Shown: piece after piece, positions 9,476 to 20,965 of the stretch
Numbering within the stretch: position 1 is the first letter of the stretch
How the letters are laid out: each line of letters starts with the position of its first letter
Source of the DNA: Flectonema sp. DT1601
Lineage: Eukaryota
Reading direction: 5' to 3'
Assembly (NCBI GenBank): GCA_964019425.1
Contig: OZ025796.1
Coordinates: 682,001-746,000 of the forward strand
DNA: 64,000 nt
The notes under the pieces: model-generated
Databases searched by the model: none
What the model saw: the letters and a program-made list of their open reading frames with translations, nothing else
What the model was told of the DNA's origin: nothing
Program-made: the position numbers and the translations under genes

Positions 9476-12400
9476 GCATGCTTGCTATGAAGTCTGTATC
9501 CCTTCGGTTAGAGGAATTGTTGAGACATTGGGTGTCAGGATTAATGATGAGATAAATGTTCTCAACGTGTATTCGCCACCAAGTTCTAAGATAGATTTTG
9601 ATCTCTTCCCTTTGAAGCGTGATGAAAGGTTTATATTTGCTGGTGACTTCAATGCTCATCATAAACTCTGGTCGAAGAAGACGGATACGAAGGGCTGCCA
9701 GCTTCTAGAGTGGTGCAGATCTAATAACCTTCTAATTGCAAACGATCCGGGATTTGTGACGTTGCCGAGACACGGGACTTCGCCGGATGCAATCCTACAC
9801 CACGAGGAGTTACTACTACTACACTTCGGGCTAATAGGTGATGGCTCTGAACATGGATCTGATCACTTACCTCTTGCTGCTGTCTTTGATACGTTCTCAC
9901 CTCTGGAAACAGTTAACAACCAGGCATCGAAAAAATCAGTCTGGGACTTTAATACAGCTGATTGGTACTCGTTCCGTCATGATTTGGATTACCGACTTAG
10001 CAAGGTGAACAGTCCTCCGAAGGTGGGTATCAGGGCGGCAACATTTAACCGTATCCTGCTTCATGTGGCGAAGAAGAACATCCGCAGAAGGCTCAGGATC
10101 CAGGGTAAGAGGAGGAGAATGTGGAATTCCTCAACCCCTGAGACCAAACAAGCGAAGGGAAAATTCGTTGCTGAGAAACTTGCACAAGGTGAAGGTTTTG
10201 CATTCGCCTTTAAGAAGATAAAGGACTTGGATGCCGATGGGGGACAGGACGTCCAAATCCCTGAATTCAGTGAGGACCAACTCCCCAGTAAATTTCTCGA
10301 TCAGTTCGTTAAGACCTCTGTCAGGAAACGACTGAAATCTCCGAAGCTGAAGCCAAGTGATTACGTAGGTGCTTGTGGACCTCTGGTGATGTCTGAGCTT
10401 GAGCGCGCCATCAAGAAGGTTAAAGCTGGTAAGGCTCCTGGTCCTGATGGAATCCACGGGGCGATGCTGAAGAACCTTTCTGCAACCGGTAGACGTTTTC
10501 TCTTAGCGGTGTTCAACGACTCCTGGCTCTCAGCTAGAGTTCCGAAGGTCTGGAAAGAGGGTATGATCAAACCGGTATACAAACCGGGTAAACCCAAAGA
10601 AAAGCTATCCAGCTACAGACCGATCACGTTGACATCTGTAGTCGGTAAAATGCTTGAACGGATAATTTACGACAGGCTAATGTATTGGTTGACGTCAAAT
10701 AATGCCTTGTCCTCCATTCAGGCAGGTTTCAGAAGGGGTAGGAATACTTGCGAGCAAATCTCACTGCTGGTCAACGCGCTTCATGGTGCGAGAAAAGGTG
10801 GCAAGAGTTCGATACTGCTCTCTTTCGACTTCACTGAGGCATTTGATAGGATAAATCATGTTAAACTGATTGCTAAAATGGTGGCGATGGGGATTCCTTC
10901 ACCATTCATCGGATGGGTCGCTAACTTTCTGACGCGAAGGAAGGCAAAGGTTAGTGTCAATGGCAATCTGAGCGCATACAGAACTGTGACGAAAGGTGTT
11001 CCGCAAGGGTCGATTGTTGGGCCTCTCCTTTATCTGATATATGTCGACGACCTGGCTAAGAAACTTGAGAAGACCGGATGTGTTTCAGCACTCTACGCTG
11101 ACGACACAGCTTGTGTGGTTTCGAATAAGGATTTTAAAGTAACTTACCGGATGGCGCAATTAGTCCTTGGGTTAGTGGATCGTTGGTGCAAAGATAATGA
11201 CATGGCACTGTCGGTTTCGAAGACCTGCGGGATGCCGGTGGACTGTCCTAGGAATATGTATTGGAGGCTGGGATTCCCCAGAACGTCAGGAGAGAACTTC
11301 TTTCGGATCAGTAGGGAGGAACTGGCTGGGATGATTCGGTCAAATGAAGAAGGTAGGCCATTACTTGGAAATGGGGCGATGATCCTCAAGCTGGGTGATA
11401 CGGAGGTTACGAAGGCAAGTGAACTTCTTGAACTGATGCCAGTGGGTCCGGATCCGACCTGGGTGAAGTTGCTGACTGCCGTACTCATGCCGATGGTGGA
11501 TAGTGTTAAGTACTTGGGTGTACATATTGACGATGACCTTACATATGGTACACAAGTGGATAAACTACTGGATGAGACGAGGAAGGGACTTGTTCTGCTT
11601 CGAAAGTTAGAGCTATTCAACTTTGATTTCAAAACGCTGAACATGATCAAGAACTTATACATCCTCTCAAGGATTCTGTATGGGCTTGAGAGCTATGGAC
11701 CTTTCCTGACAGATGAACAGCTTAAACCTATTGACCTGAATCTGAGGAAGATAGCTAGAAAGATCACCGGCTGCGGCTTCAACACAAGGTCCCTTCCGTT
11801 ACTGTGGGAGGCGAACATACTCCCGATGAGACTGCAGATTGAGAAGCAAGCCAGGATTGCTCTATTCAGGTATCGGTCACTGGATTGGGTTCCTTCTACG
11901 AAGGGAATCGCTAGTGGAACTTGGAGTTCAACTTTACCGGCCGAGGACCGAAATATGGAGATCCAGGGGATTGTCATGCCTGACAGCATCGAGCCATGGA
12001 TAGATGTTCCGAACCTGGAGATATCTTGCGGATATGGACATTCGAAGACCGGTGTTGCTGAAGTGGACAAGGCTAAGTTCGAGGAGTACTGCAGCGAACT
12101 TAGGCCATGTACCTCGTCCATTTTTGTTGACGGATCCCACGACCCTGTCAACTACACGGCAGGCGCAGCAGCAGTGCAGATCACGCCGTGCGAACGGACC
12201 ATGGCATCGAGACTTGTTGCAACGGAAAGTAGTTATAAAGCTGAACAGGTAACTCTGAAGCTGTTAATAAGTGAATTTGGAAAAGCAACCTCTGTCTTGG
12301 GTCCCAGATCTGGAATCACGAGAGTCTTCAGTGATTCTAAATCCAATCTGGATGAGCTGCGTGGTGGAATTGCGGCTCAGAGGAAGCTGAACTCTCTCTC

Positions 12401-13356
12401 GATACTAGAAGGGATAAGAAAATTAGACTCATTCGTACACCTTCAATTCATCCCAGCTCACGTGGGAATTGAACCGCATGACAAGGCAGATGAACTGGCG
12501 AAAAAGATCTCAAAAGATGTTAAGAGCAAGCCGGTGTCAACGACTATGGACTTCTTCGCACATAAGTCAAGGATAGTGAGGGAAGCTAACAGAAAGCTGT
12601 TTGGTAAGATTATGGAGGGTTCAACAAGGGCGAAACCACCGATCAAACGGGTGATGCTTAGGCAATATCTTGATGCTACCGGAGGCCTGAGAGCGGCTCG
12701 ATACCCCAAGGACATGCTGAGAGAATCAGAGATAAGGATAGCCAGGTTCAGAACGGGCTCTCACCCCCTGCTCAGGGTAAATGAACTACCGATAAAGTGC
12801 CCCTTCTGCAAAAGAACAGACTCTTCTGCCCGACATCTAATATTTGATTGCGAGGATGGTGACGTGGTCCGCATTAGAGAAGGAACAATAAGATCAAACA
12901 TTCAGGAAGCGAGAATCTCCGAGACCAAACTAAATCTTTCAATAATGTTTGCGACGAGAAATCTTCACGCCCTAGCCGGCTACTTATGGCATTTGGAACA
13001 ACGAACAGGCTTATCAAACTGTTAACTGATTGGTAGTTGCTAATTCATTAGTATCATTCTTCCTTATCACACTCCTTAATCATCTCCTAGTTTCTCTGAG
13101 GACATCCGCAGAGCTTCATGGCTCGTAGGTAACCCAGTGGTCTTTGGCCACCGTCCCTGTACTGATCCTTCGCTTTATATTAACTGTGTCTTGAGATTCC
13201 TATCCGGGGAAGTCCTCCAACGGACTCAGGACAGTTGCGCTTGTTTTTACTTGTTTATTTTATCAAAAAATAAGAAGGGCAAGAATGCTCAGAATGAAGA
13301 AAAATAAAGTGGAAAGACAGGGGGGATGTGACTAAATAAATAAATAAAAATAAAAA
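9476..13356 (+). mobile_element. Non-LTR family B, 5'-truncated inside the APE domain, (TAAA)n tail
   Basis: Open frame 9528-13025 with GDFNAHH, SDHLP, DFTEAFD, GVPQGS, YADD, FVDGS, CPFC..H..C; 3' end tgtgactaaataaataaa. Confidence 0.93.
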
Positions 13357-13358
13357 CA

Positions 13359-13486
13359 TTTTTTTATTTATTCATTTCTTATTTTTATTTTTTTTTACTT
13401 TTTTTCTTTTTTTTTCTTTTTTTTTAGTCACATCCCCCCTGTCTTTCTACTTTGTTTTTATTCTTTCTGAGCATACTCGCTCTTAT
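13359..13486 (-). repeat. Inverted, diverged copy of the LINE-B 3' terminus (tail-to-tail)
   Basis: tttagtcacatcccccctgtctttc... is the reverse complement of about 13270-13336. Confidence 0.85.
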
Positions 13487-13633
13487 GATGAGTTGGAGAA
13501 GGGAAACCTTGAGTTGGTTGATCTACAGAATCAGATCGACAAAAAAGGCAAGGAGCAAGAGAAAGGCCTAAGAGCCAAGGAAGATGAGCTACAGCAACGA
13601 CAACGGCTGCTCATCGAAGAACACAACAAGGAG

Positions 13634-13814
13634 ATTGGTTTTGCTGTTGAGGTCATCAGTTGGCTGGAGAATCTTGCAATTAAAATGCTCCTTGTTAAGC
13701 TTCGGTGGTGGTCCATTCATAATCACCTTCGTCTCCTTCTTGCTGTTTTTGATTCCCCTCTTCTTCTTCCCGGATCTCATTTTTGGCTTGTTCCCTCACC
13801 TCTTTCCTTTCTCT
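13634..13814 (-). pseudogene. Internally deleted LINE-A ORF1 5' fragment
   Basis: Encodes GPPPKLNKEHFNCKILQPTDDLNSKTN, as in LINE-A ORF1. Confidence 0.85.
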
Positions 13815-13853
13815 TGCCGATGTACATTCGAAAAGGAACTAAAAACGAAAAAG

Positions 13854-13925
13854 CGCTCCTACTCGGGTTTGAACCGAGGCTGCTGGATTCAAGGTCCAGA
13901 GTGCTAACCACTACACCATAGGAGC
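13854..13925 (-). tRNA. tRNA-Gln(UUG), with C at position 33
   Basis: GCTCCTA/TAGGAGC acceptor stem, D arm GTGT..GCAC, anticodon arm CTGGA-CCTTGAA-TCCAG, T arm CTCGG-TTCAAAC-CCGAG, followed by TTTTT. Confidence 0.9.
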
Positions 13926-13937
13926 TCTTAAGAATAC

Positions 13938-15582
13938 TCTTTTTTTTTCTTTTTTTTGGTTACACTCGTTTGTGCTTCCAGACTCTTTGTTTTTGTTCTT
14001 TTCACTTCTTTGTTTTGTCTTTCTTTAATACTTTCTTTTTGACTTAAGTCTGACAAATTGGAAAACACGGGAAACATAGGTAGGCTCCGCCTGAGGACGT
14101 AAGAAGAGCGGCAACGGGAAAAAAATAAATGGTCACGCGTCCTTGAAATTGGACACACGAAGCTAATTCGGTTACCATTCCTACCATCGATAAGGAAAAA
14201 CAAAGAATCGAGCATATAACTAGAGCGGTGGTCAAAGACCACTTGAACAGCCCGAAGGCCTGCCCTCAAGAGAAATTTATAAGGAGAATAGGAGAAGAAG
14301 GAGAAAGGAGTATTGGAAGGGACACTGAGACAACACCGAAGGTGATGTGCAGTTACCCAACCAGGAGATGATTGATAATGATGAAAATACTAAAATAATA
14401 ACAAATTGATATTGGCGACTACATGTCACCTACTTTACTTCCAAAGTCTAAGGTTAGATGTTTGTTCCATCCACCTTATGATCAACGCGAGTGATGGAAG
14501 CCACGCCAAAGTGAAGAGAGCTTCAAGGTTAGGAATTTCGTTGGCAATAATAAGTTCTCGATCGCGATCCCACTTGCCGGTCAGTGTTGAGAAGCCCAGG
14601 ATTTTGAACCTGGCCGAGTCGAGTTTGGGAGATTGACATCCCTGTAGCAGGTGAACCTGTGAGGACGGTTCGCCACAAAATGGGCAGTCGATCGTCTTGC
14701 GCCAGTTCTGAATTAGCGGGTGACATCCTGTCCGGAAGTTCGCTATCCGTATCTCGTCGGCTCTTTCCATCCCAGGAGGGTATTTAACGGAACGGCCTCC
14801 GATGAGGTGTTTGTAGCAGGTGTAACCACTCACGTTAAGCAGATCCTTTTTGATGCAGCGCTTAACATGTGATGATCGCGAGAAGTAAGTGCCTTTGACT
14901 AGCACAGGTCGGATGTTCTTGTTGTGCGCTGCTTCCTTTGCAAGCGCGTCAACTTCATCGTGAAACTCGATTCCAATGTGTGAGGGGATGAATTGCAAAT
15001 GCACTTTCATCTCACACATGCGCAGGTATTCCAGTATCTTGAGGGACTCGGAATTCTTCTGTCTGCATCTTCCACCCAGCAGTTCATCCAGAAGGGATTT
15101 TGAGTCCGTGAATATCCTCACAGATCTCATTGAGGGATCTTTGCTAAACACTGTTCTCAGATGTCTAGCCGCGTTCTTCAGAGCATGTTGTTCAGCCCTG
15201 TAGCTGCAGTCAGCTTGATAAAGCCTAGACGCGTAAGCAGATCGAAGGCCGCTACGTGACTTGGCAATATGAGCCGCACCGGCCGCGCCGGAAGCAGAGT
15301 AGGAGCCATCGCAGTTGATTACCATGTCGACAGGAGGTAACGTTCCAATGTACGACATGAATTTTTCTTTGTCCACCGCAGGGTTCGCGGACTTCGGAAA
15401 TCCGCAGCCGTTGCTAATCCTAAGGTTTGTCGGAGATACCCAGGGTTCCATCAAGTCAGGCTGTACAAGGCACTGGCTTTCACGCTGGCTGTCAATGCCA
15501 GGAAGGAGGCCAGCCCAGTAGCTTTGGGTTGAGGCGAGTCTGTTGGTACTAGGTATCCAAGTCATGGCTTTATACTACGGTA
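13938..15582 (-). mobile_element. Non-LTR family D (related to B), 5'-truncated: RNase H + CCHC + 3' UTR + A tail
   Basis: ORF 14435-15565 (NCDGS, FTDSKS, FIPSHIG, CPFC); 13-bp TSD CTCTTAAGAATAC at 13925-13937 and 15583-15595. Confidence 0.92.
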
Positions 15583-15593
15583 CTCTTAAGAAT

Positions 15594-15631
15594 ACCAACG
15601 ATTCTAAAGCTACAGTTTCTGTACTTTATTG
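15594..15631 (+). other. Spliced-leader (mini-exon) sequence, diplonemid type, at the 5' end of LINE-C
   Basis: ACCAACGATTCTAAAGCTACAGTTTCTGTACTTTATTG (38 nt) contains the euglenozoan SL core CAGTTTCTGTACTTTATTG. It is not followed by a GT intron. Confidence 0.92.
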
Positions 15632-15653
15632 ATTTACAAAAAAAAAACTAAAA

Positions 15654-17018
15654 ATGTCCGGAACACAAGAATCGATGGTCGTGCAGCAACAAGAGCAAGC
15701 ACAGCAATCAATGATGCAACAGCAGCAAGCACAGCAATTAATGGCACAGCAACAGCAGGCACAACACTTAATGATGCAACAACAGCAGCCGCAACAGCCA
15801 ACACAAAGCCAGCCGGTACAACAACAAGCGCAGAACAATTCCAACAATTGCTTTTTACATGGCAACTGGACGCTTGAGACTTTAAGTCAGTCGCAAACTC
15901 ACCTTCCCAACAATGTCCCACCAATCTCCCCCTTTTCGTTTATGAGCTCACCAATGATAGCGTTTAAACAGTATCTCAGAATAACAAATCTGTATTTTAA
16001 AACAATAAACATTTTAAGTTTAAAAGAAATGCACTTCACAGTTTCAAAAGACAATGTTGTAAACGTTTTTTCTTGTTTATTGGAAATCAAAAAAGAATGT
16101 GCAGCTGATTTCTTAGAAATATCCGGCCAACACGGCATTTTCTTTTCCGAACACAAAAGCACTCAACACCTCTCCTCCTACTACACAATTGTGTGGACCC
16201 CTGACACACCTTACACCCAGCTTAAAAAGATAGCAATCGATCTCAATAATGACCCAAAAAACAAAGGAGCCCTCGGGCTCACAATGTACCAAGGAAGAAG
16301 CCTTGGGATACGAATTAAAAAAGAATCAGAAACAAACTTTCGTTCAAATTTTGGAGTAAAATGTCCGACTTATTTCGAGATAAGCGGCATAAGCAAAGAG
16401 AACGCAACGTCATTTGACGTTGAATTTTTTTTTGATTTAATGAAAAAAAAAATTAAGTACTGTTATAAAAAAAAAAGGGAAGAGTCACATGTTGTGAGCT
16501 CGTACGAGAATCTGCAGTCTTGCGGATCAGTAATCGTTAAAAAAATAACTCAACCCTCAAAAGATGAAAGAAGAATTGAAAAGAACTCAATAGAAACGAA
16601 AACAGACCAAACTGAAAAAAAAGATATTAACGAAAAAGGAAAAGGAAAAGGAAAAGGGAAAGGGAAAAAAGGAAAGAAAGGAACTAAGGGAGAGAGCGGT
16701 AAAGGAAAAAAAACTGTTTTGTCATCACCGTCAACCTCAGTAACCCCGTCAATAGAACAAACGGACATTTTAAACCAGCTAAAATTATTGTTAGATGCAC
16801 AAACAAAGCATCTAACAACAAAGATCATTGGCACTTTTCTAGCCGATGATCCGAAAAAGCAAGCAGAAGCTTGGGATGCGGAAATAAACCCGCAAGAAAA
16901 AGAAGGTTTTCTACAAGGATCGATGGACGATGACATCGATCTTGTGAAACAGAAGCTGGACAAAGAAAACGATGGTGATGACAACACAAAAAGAAAAAAA
17001 GAAGAACCTCCGAATTGA
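15654..17018 (+). CDS. LINE-C ORF1 (Q-rich N-terminus, GK repeat; 454 aa)
   Basis: First ATG after the SL; shares a YTxVW...GLT...G..GxR[VI] block with LINE-A ORF1. Confidence 0.85.
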   Translation: MSGTQESMVVQQQEQAQQSMMQQQQAQQLMAQQQQAQHLMMQQQQPQQPTQSQPVQQQAQNNSNNCFLHGNWTLETLSQSQTHLPNNVPPISPFSFMSSPMIAFKQYLRITNLYFKTINILSLKEMHFTVSKDNVVNVFSCLLEIKKECAADFLEISGQHGIFFSEHKSTQHLSSYYTIVWTPDTPYTQLKKIAIDLNNDPKNKGALGLTMYQGRSLGIRIKKESETNFRSNFGVKCPTYFEISGISKENATSFDVEFFFDLMKKKIKYCYKKKREESHVVSSYENLQSCGSVIVKKITQPSKDERRIEKNSIETKTDQTEKKDINEKGKGKGKGKGKKGKKGTKGESGKGKKTVLSSPSTSVTPSIEQTDILNQLKLLLDAQTKHLTTKIIGTFLADDPKKQAEAWDAEINPQEKEGFLQGSMDDDIDLVKQKLDKENDGDDNTKRKKEEPPN

Positions 17019-20000
17019 CTGTTTCCTTATAATTTATATCTTTTTTATTTCTCGAACCTTCTTTTGTGTGGAGACATCCACCCGAACCCCGGTCCACAAA
17101 AAAAGCAAAAAAACAGTGAGCTGAGAATTGTATCTTTTAATGTTTGTGGTCTCAAGTCGAAATCCGACGAAATAACTTTTTTTTTACAAAATATAAAACC
17201 TGACCTATTCATGGTTCAGGAAACATTGTTAAAGGATAACGACGAAACCATTAATTTTAATGGGTACAAGTGTCTCAGAAGAGACCGGAGAATTCCGGTA
17301 AAAAAAAACGCACCCGTCAGAGGTGGTGGATTGGCAATTTTTTACAAAAACAGCCTAAGCGTGACAGCATTCGCTGTTGCACAACACAGCCAAGACTGCA
17401 CTGAAGTCCAGGGCATTTTTGTGTCAAATTCAAAACAAACTGTAAGGGTATACAACGTGTACAGACCACCGGTAAGCCAATCAACCTCTGATAGGTCCCC
17501 CTCTTTTGATATGAATAGTATTTTTCTTTTTAATAAAAATGATAAAGTAGTTATCGCGGGGGATCTTAACGCAAGGCATCCACTCTGGGACCCGAGAGAC
17601 GAGTCAAACACAAATGGCCATGAAGTCTCGACTTTTCTAAACAATAACCAGTTTGAATGCTGCAACGTTAAGGAAATCCCCACAAGACCAAAATCAAACA
17701 CTTCTCCTGATGTTGTTCTCCAAAAAAACTGTGATATTGGCAACTGGACGACGCTCGAATCTCTATCAAGCGATCATGTACCAATGTATTTTTCTCTTTC
17801 TTTTTTTTCGGATTCGATAAACAGAGCGAACGGTGCAACGGTTTTTTCTTATAACTGGAACAGGGCACTGTGGCCAAACTACAGCTCCCACCTCGAAAGG
17901 GTGGCGAAGCGACTTGAAAAGATTCAAGATAACCAGAAATTATCAATGGAATTCATAAGAGAATTAAAAAAAATGCGTTACGGATCTTTGTACCAAGGAT
18001 TTATTTGAAAGGAAAGTCACCAAAGAAGTGGTGGAACACGACGGTTGCATCTAAGTTTCATGAGTTCAACGAGTCACATTGTGACCAACGGGATGATCTT
18101 ACAGATCTGTCGCAACAGGGAAAGTCAATTTTTACATCTTTAAAAAAAGAACTCAAAAAAACAGTCGTTGATGCCAAGAATCAACAGTTTAAAAAAAGCC
18201 TTAAAAAAGACAAGTCTATTATTGAAGCTTTTGAAGACATAAGAGGCCTTGATGGAAGATCAAGGCTTAAAGAAATTCGAGAAATCACCTGTGGTGATAA
18301 ACTTGTTACAGATGATGTGGAAAAAGCATCAATTTTCAATAATCAATTTTTACAACGTGTTGGTAACATCAAAGAAAAAACAAAGACAAAGAAAATAGAA
18401 ACAGACCCTTCTGATTTTACACCATTTACACAACATGAACTTAGAATCCAATTGAGAGGAATGGCTCTGGAAAAGAATTCACCAGATGGCGTTCAAGGTA
18501 TTCTTCTTAACCATTTGGGACCTAGAATGCTAAACATTTTACTTAAGATTTTTAACAATTCGTGGAAACATTCTGTTGTCCCGAGTGATTGGAAAGACAC
18601 ACACTGGATCCCTGTTTTAAAAAAAGGAAAACCCCCAAACCTCCCCTCTTCATATAGAATGATCTCTCTCACCCCTTTTATTGCGAAATTGATGGAAAGA
18701 ATGGTGAAGGAACGTCTTACGTATTTTATGCAATCACCGAATGAAAAGAAAACTGACGGTATTGGTTTCAACCAAACTTCTTATCGGAAAACGCGTTCTT
18801 GCCGGGAAAACATCCTATATGTTACGGACAGACTTAGATTTCTTAAACACCAAAAAAAGTCAGCGGCCCTTGTTCTTCTTGATATCGAAAAAGCTTTTGA
18901 TAGTGTGAACCATGATCTTCTCCTTCAAAGGATGGTAGATCTTGGAATACCAAAACATTTTATAGCCTGGATTCAGGCCTTTCTTAAAAAACGAAGAGCA
19001 GCGGTTGTTGTTAATAATGAAAAAGGTTCTTACCACAATGTTTATTCTGGCGTTCCACAAGGAACAGTTTTGTCGGCTCTACTTTTTACTCTGTATATTG
19101 AAAAAGTCGCAGAAAGACTAGATATTACGGTTGCTAAGTATGCGGATGATATTGCTTTTGTAGTTGATGATGAAGGGAAAGGTTTTACTTATCATTTGGC
19201 AAAAACGAAATATTTCTTTAATGAGATTGAAAAGGATCTAAACGAATTAAAATTAAAAGTAAGTTATGAGCCTGACAAAACAAAACTTGTGTATTATCCC
19301 TACTCCCCAAATTCCCCACTACAAACACCTTTCACTTTTACTTCAAATTTAACAAAAAATATTGTTCCATGTGTTGATAGCGCCAAGCTTCTTGGGGTGA
19401 TCCTTGATAACAAGCTCGATTGGAAACAGCATATCTCGTATATTTGTAGAAGAGTTAATCTTCGCTTAAGGTATCTGAAGCTTGTCGCATCAAAAGCATG
19501 GGGACAGTGTACTGCAACTTTGCGTGAGGTGTATGATTTGTATATTCGACCTGTCATAACAAACTCGTGTGAAGCTTTTTATCCTGAAGTTAGGTATAAA
19601 AAGATTCACATGGACAGGCTTCTCTCCTTACACCTTAGGGGTGCGTGCTATGTCTTAGGTGCCTTACCACCAACAAGGGAAACAAGAGATAAGATCTTTT
19701 TTGAGGCACAACAACAAAGTATCAACACCCATTTGAGACTTGAAACTGGTAGATGGTTCGCCAAAATGGCGCGAATCACGTCCCCTTTATTAAATGTCTT
19801 TATTCCACCTGAAAGAATATCCTCAACACCCATTGATTCTTTTACTCGTTTAGGAATGAATGTTCTGAAAGAACACAACCTTCTATCACTCAGTTTTGAG
19901 AAATATCCCATTTACGTTCATCCTCCATGGAGTTTTTCAAATGATTTCAATGTTTTTAAACCAGAAATGCATGTTAGAAAAAAAAAAGACAAAAAGAAAA

Positions 20001-20965
20001 ATAAAAAAGCCTGTGAAGCTGTTCTTAATGAAATAAGGAAAGATTATGAACCAGTCTTAGAGGTATATACCGATGGTGCCGTTGTTGAAGAACGCGGTGC
20101 TGCGGGTGTGTACATCATAGACAGCGAAGGAAATGAATTTCTCACAAACAAAAGTGAAGCAGGAATAATCTGCACCTCTTTTAGGGCTGAAATGATGGCG
20201 ATCAAAAACGCTTTTGTTTTACTTTTTAAGGAATTTAAACCGCCGGAAAATGCGTCAGTTTTATTTGTGTCAGACTCCTCCAGTGCCTTGATGGAACTGG
20301 AAAAAGGGGGAACAAAACAGAAAACGAGACTAGGAAGCCGCATCTGGCAGTTTATTGAATTTTTCAACAATAAATTCAAAACAAAGTTTATTTTCCAGCA
20401 TGTCTTTTCTCACTGTGGTATTGTCGGAAACGAAGAAGCAGACAAACTAGCCCAAAACATTTCATTAAAAAAAGATGAAGAAACCCTTTTAAAACAAAAA
20501 AAAGTTCCCATAGACTACAGCACCCATGTAGCTAAACTAAAACACAGAATAAAAGAAAAATTTGACCCCCGTCCTTTCCCATCTGAAACTGAAAGAGCGG
20601 AAGAAATTCTGATTTCACAACTCAGAATTGGCGACTGTAAACAAACACAAGGGAAATGTCCTAGGTGCAGAGAAAAAGACTCTGTAGAGCACCTGTTAGC
20701 AAAATGCTCAAAGTACAGAAAAGAGAGGAGGATGTATCTCCAGAAAGACTCTCTAACACAAGAAGAGTTAAAGGATTGTCTTTCCACTATACAAGGACTA
20801 GAGAATGTTTTTCTTTTTATGTCATCTGCAAGAAGATATGTTTTTCCAGAAAAAGAAAAGAAAAAAGAAAATTTGAGTCAGGAAACAAAGAAAGAAAATG
20901 AAGAAAACGTTATCCTTCAACCCACACTTTTCAATACTGTGATTCAAAACTCACAACTGACTTGA
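17019..20965 (+). CDS. LINE-C ORF2: 2A-like peptide, APE, RT, RNase H, CCHC; one -1 frame break at an A8 run near 17966-17973
   Basis: LLLCGDIHPNPGP; FNVCG, VQET, GDLNA, SDH; DIEKAFD, GVPQG, YADD; YTDG, HCGIVGNEEAD; CPRC..H..C. Confidence 0.88.

Noticed and set aside
13094..13140. Hammerhead ribozyme in the LINE-B 3' UTR (CTGAGGA)
   Set aside because: No GAAA closing a stem II and no compatible stems found; a similar partial match near 21032 also fails
13493..13921. 142-aa ORF as a gene
   Set aside because: Chimera of a coiled-coil fragment, antisense LINE-A ORF1 and the antisense tRNA
15594..15700. Functional SL RNA gene
   Set aside because: The exon is followed by ATTTAC, not a GT donor and SL intron; the context is a LINE 5' end
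17016..17018. Genome-wide UGA reassignment
   Set aside because: TGA terminates several ORFs at expected ends (for example YR at 1556 and LINE-C ORF2), and host genes use TGG for Trp
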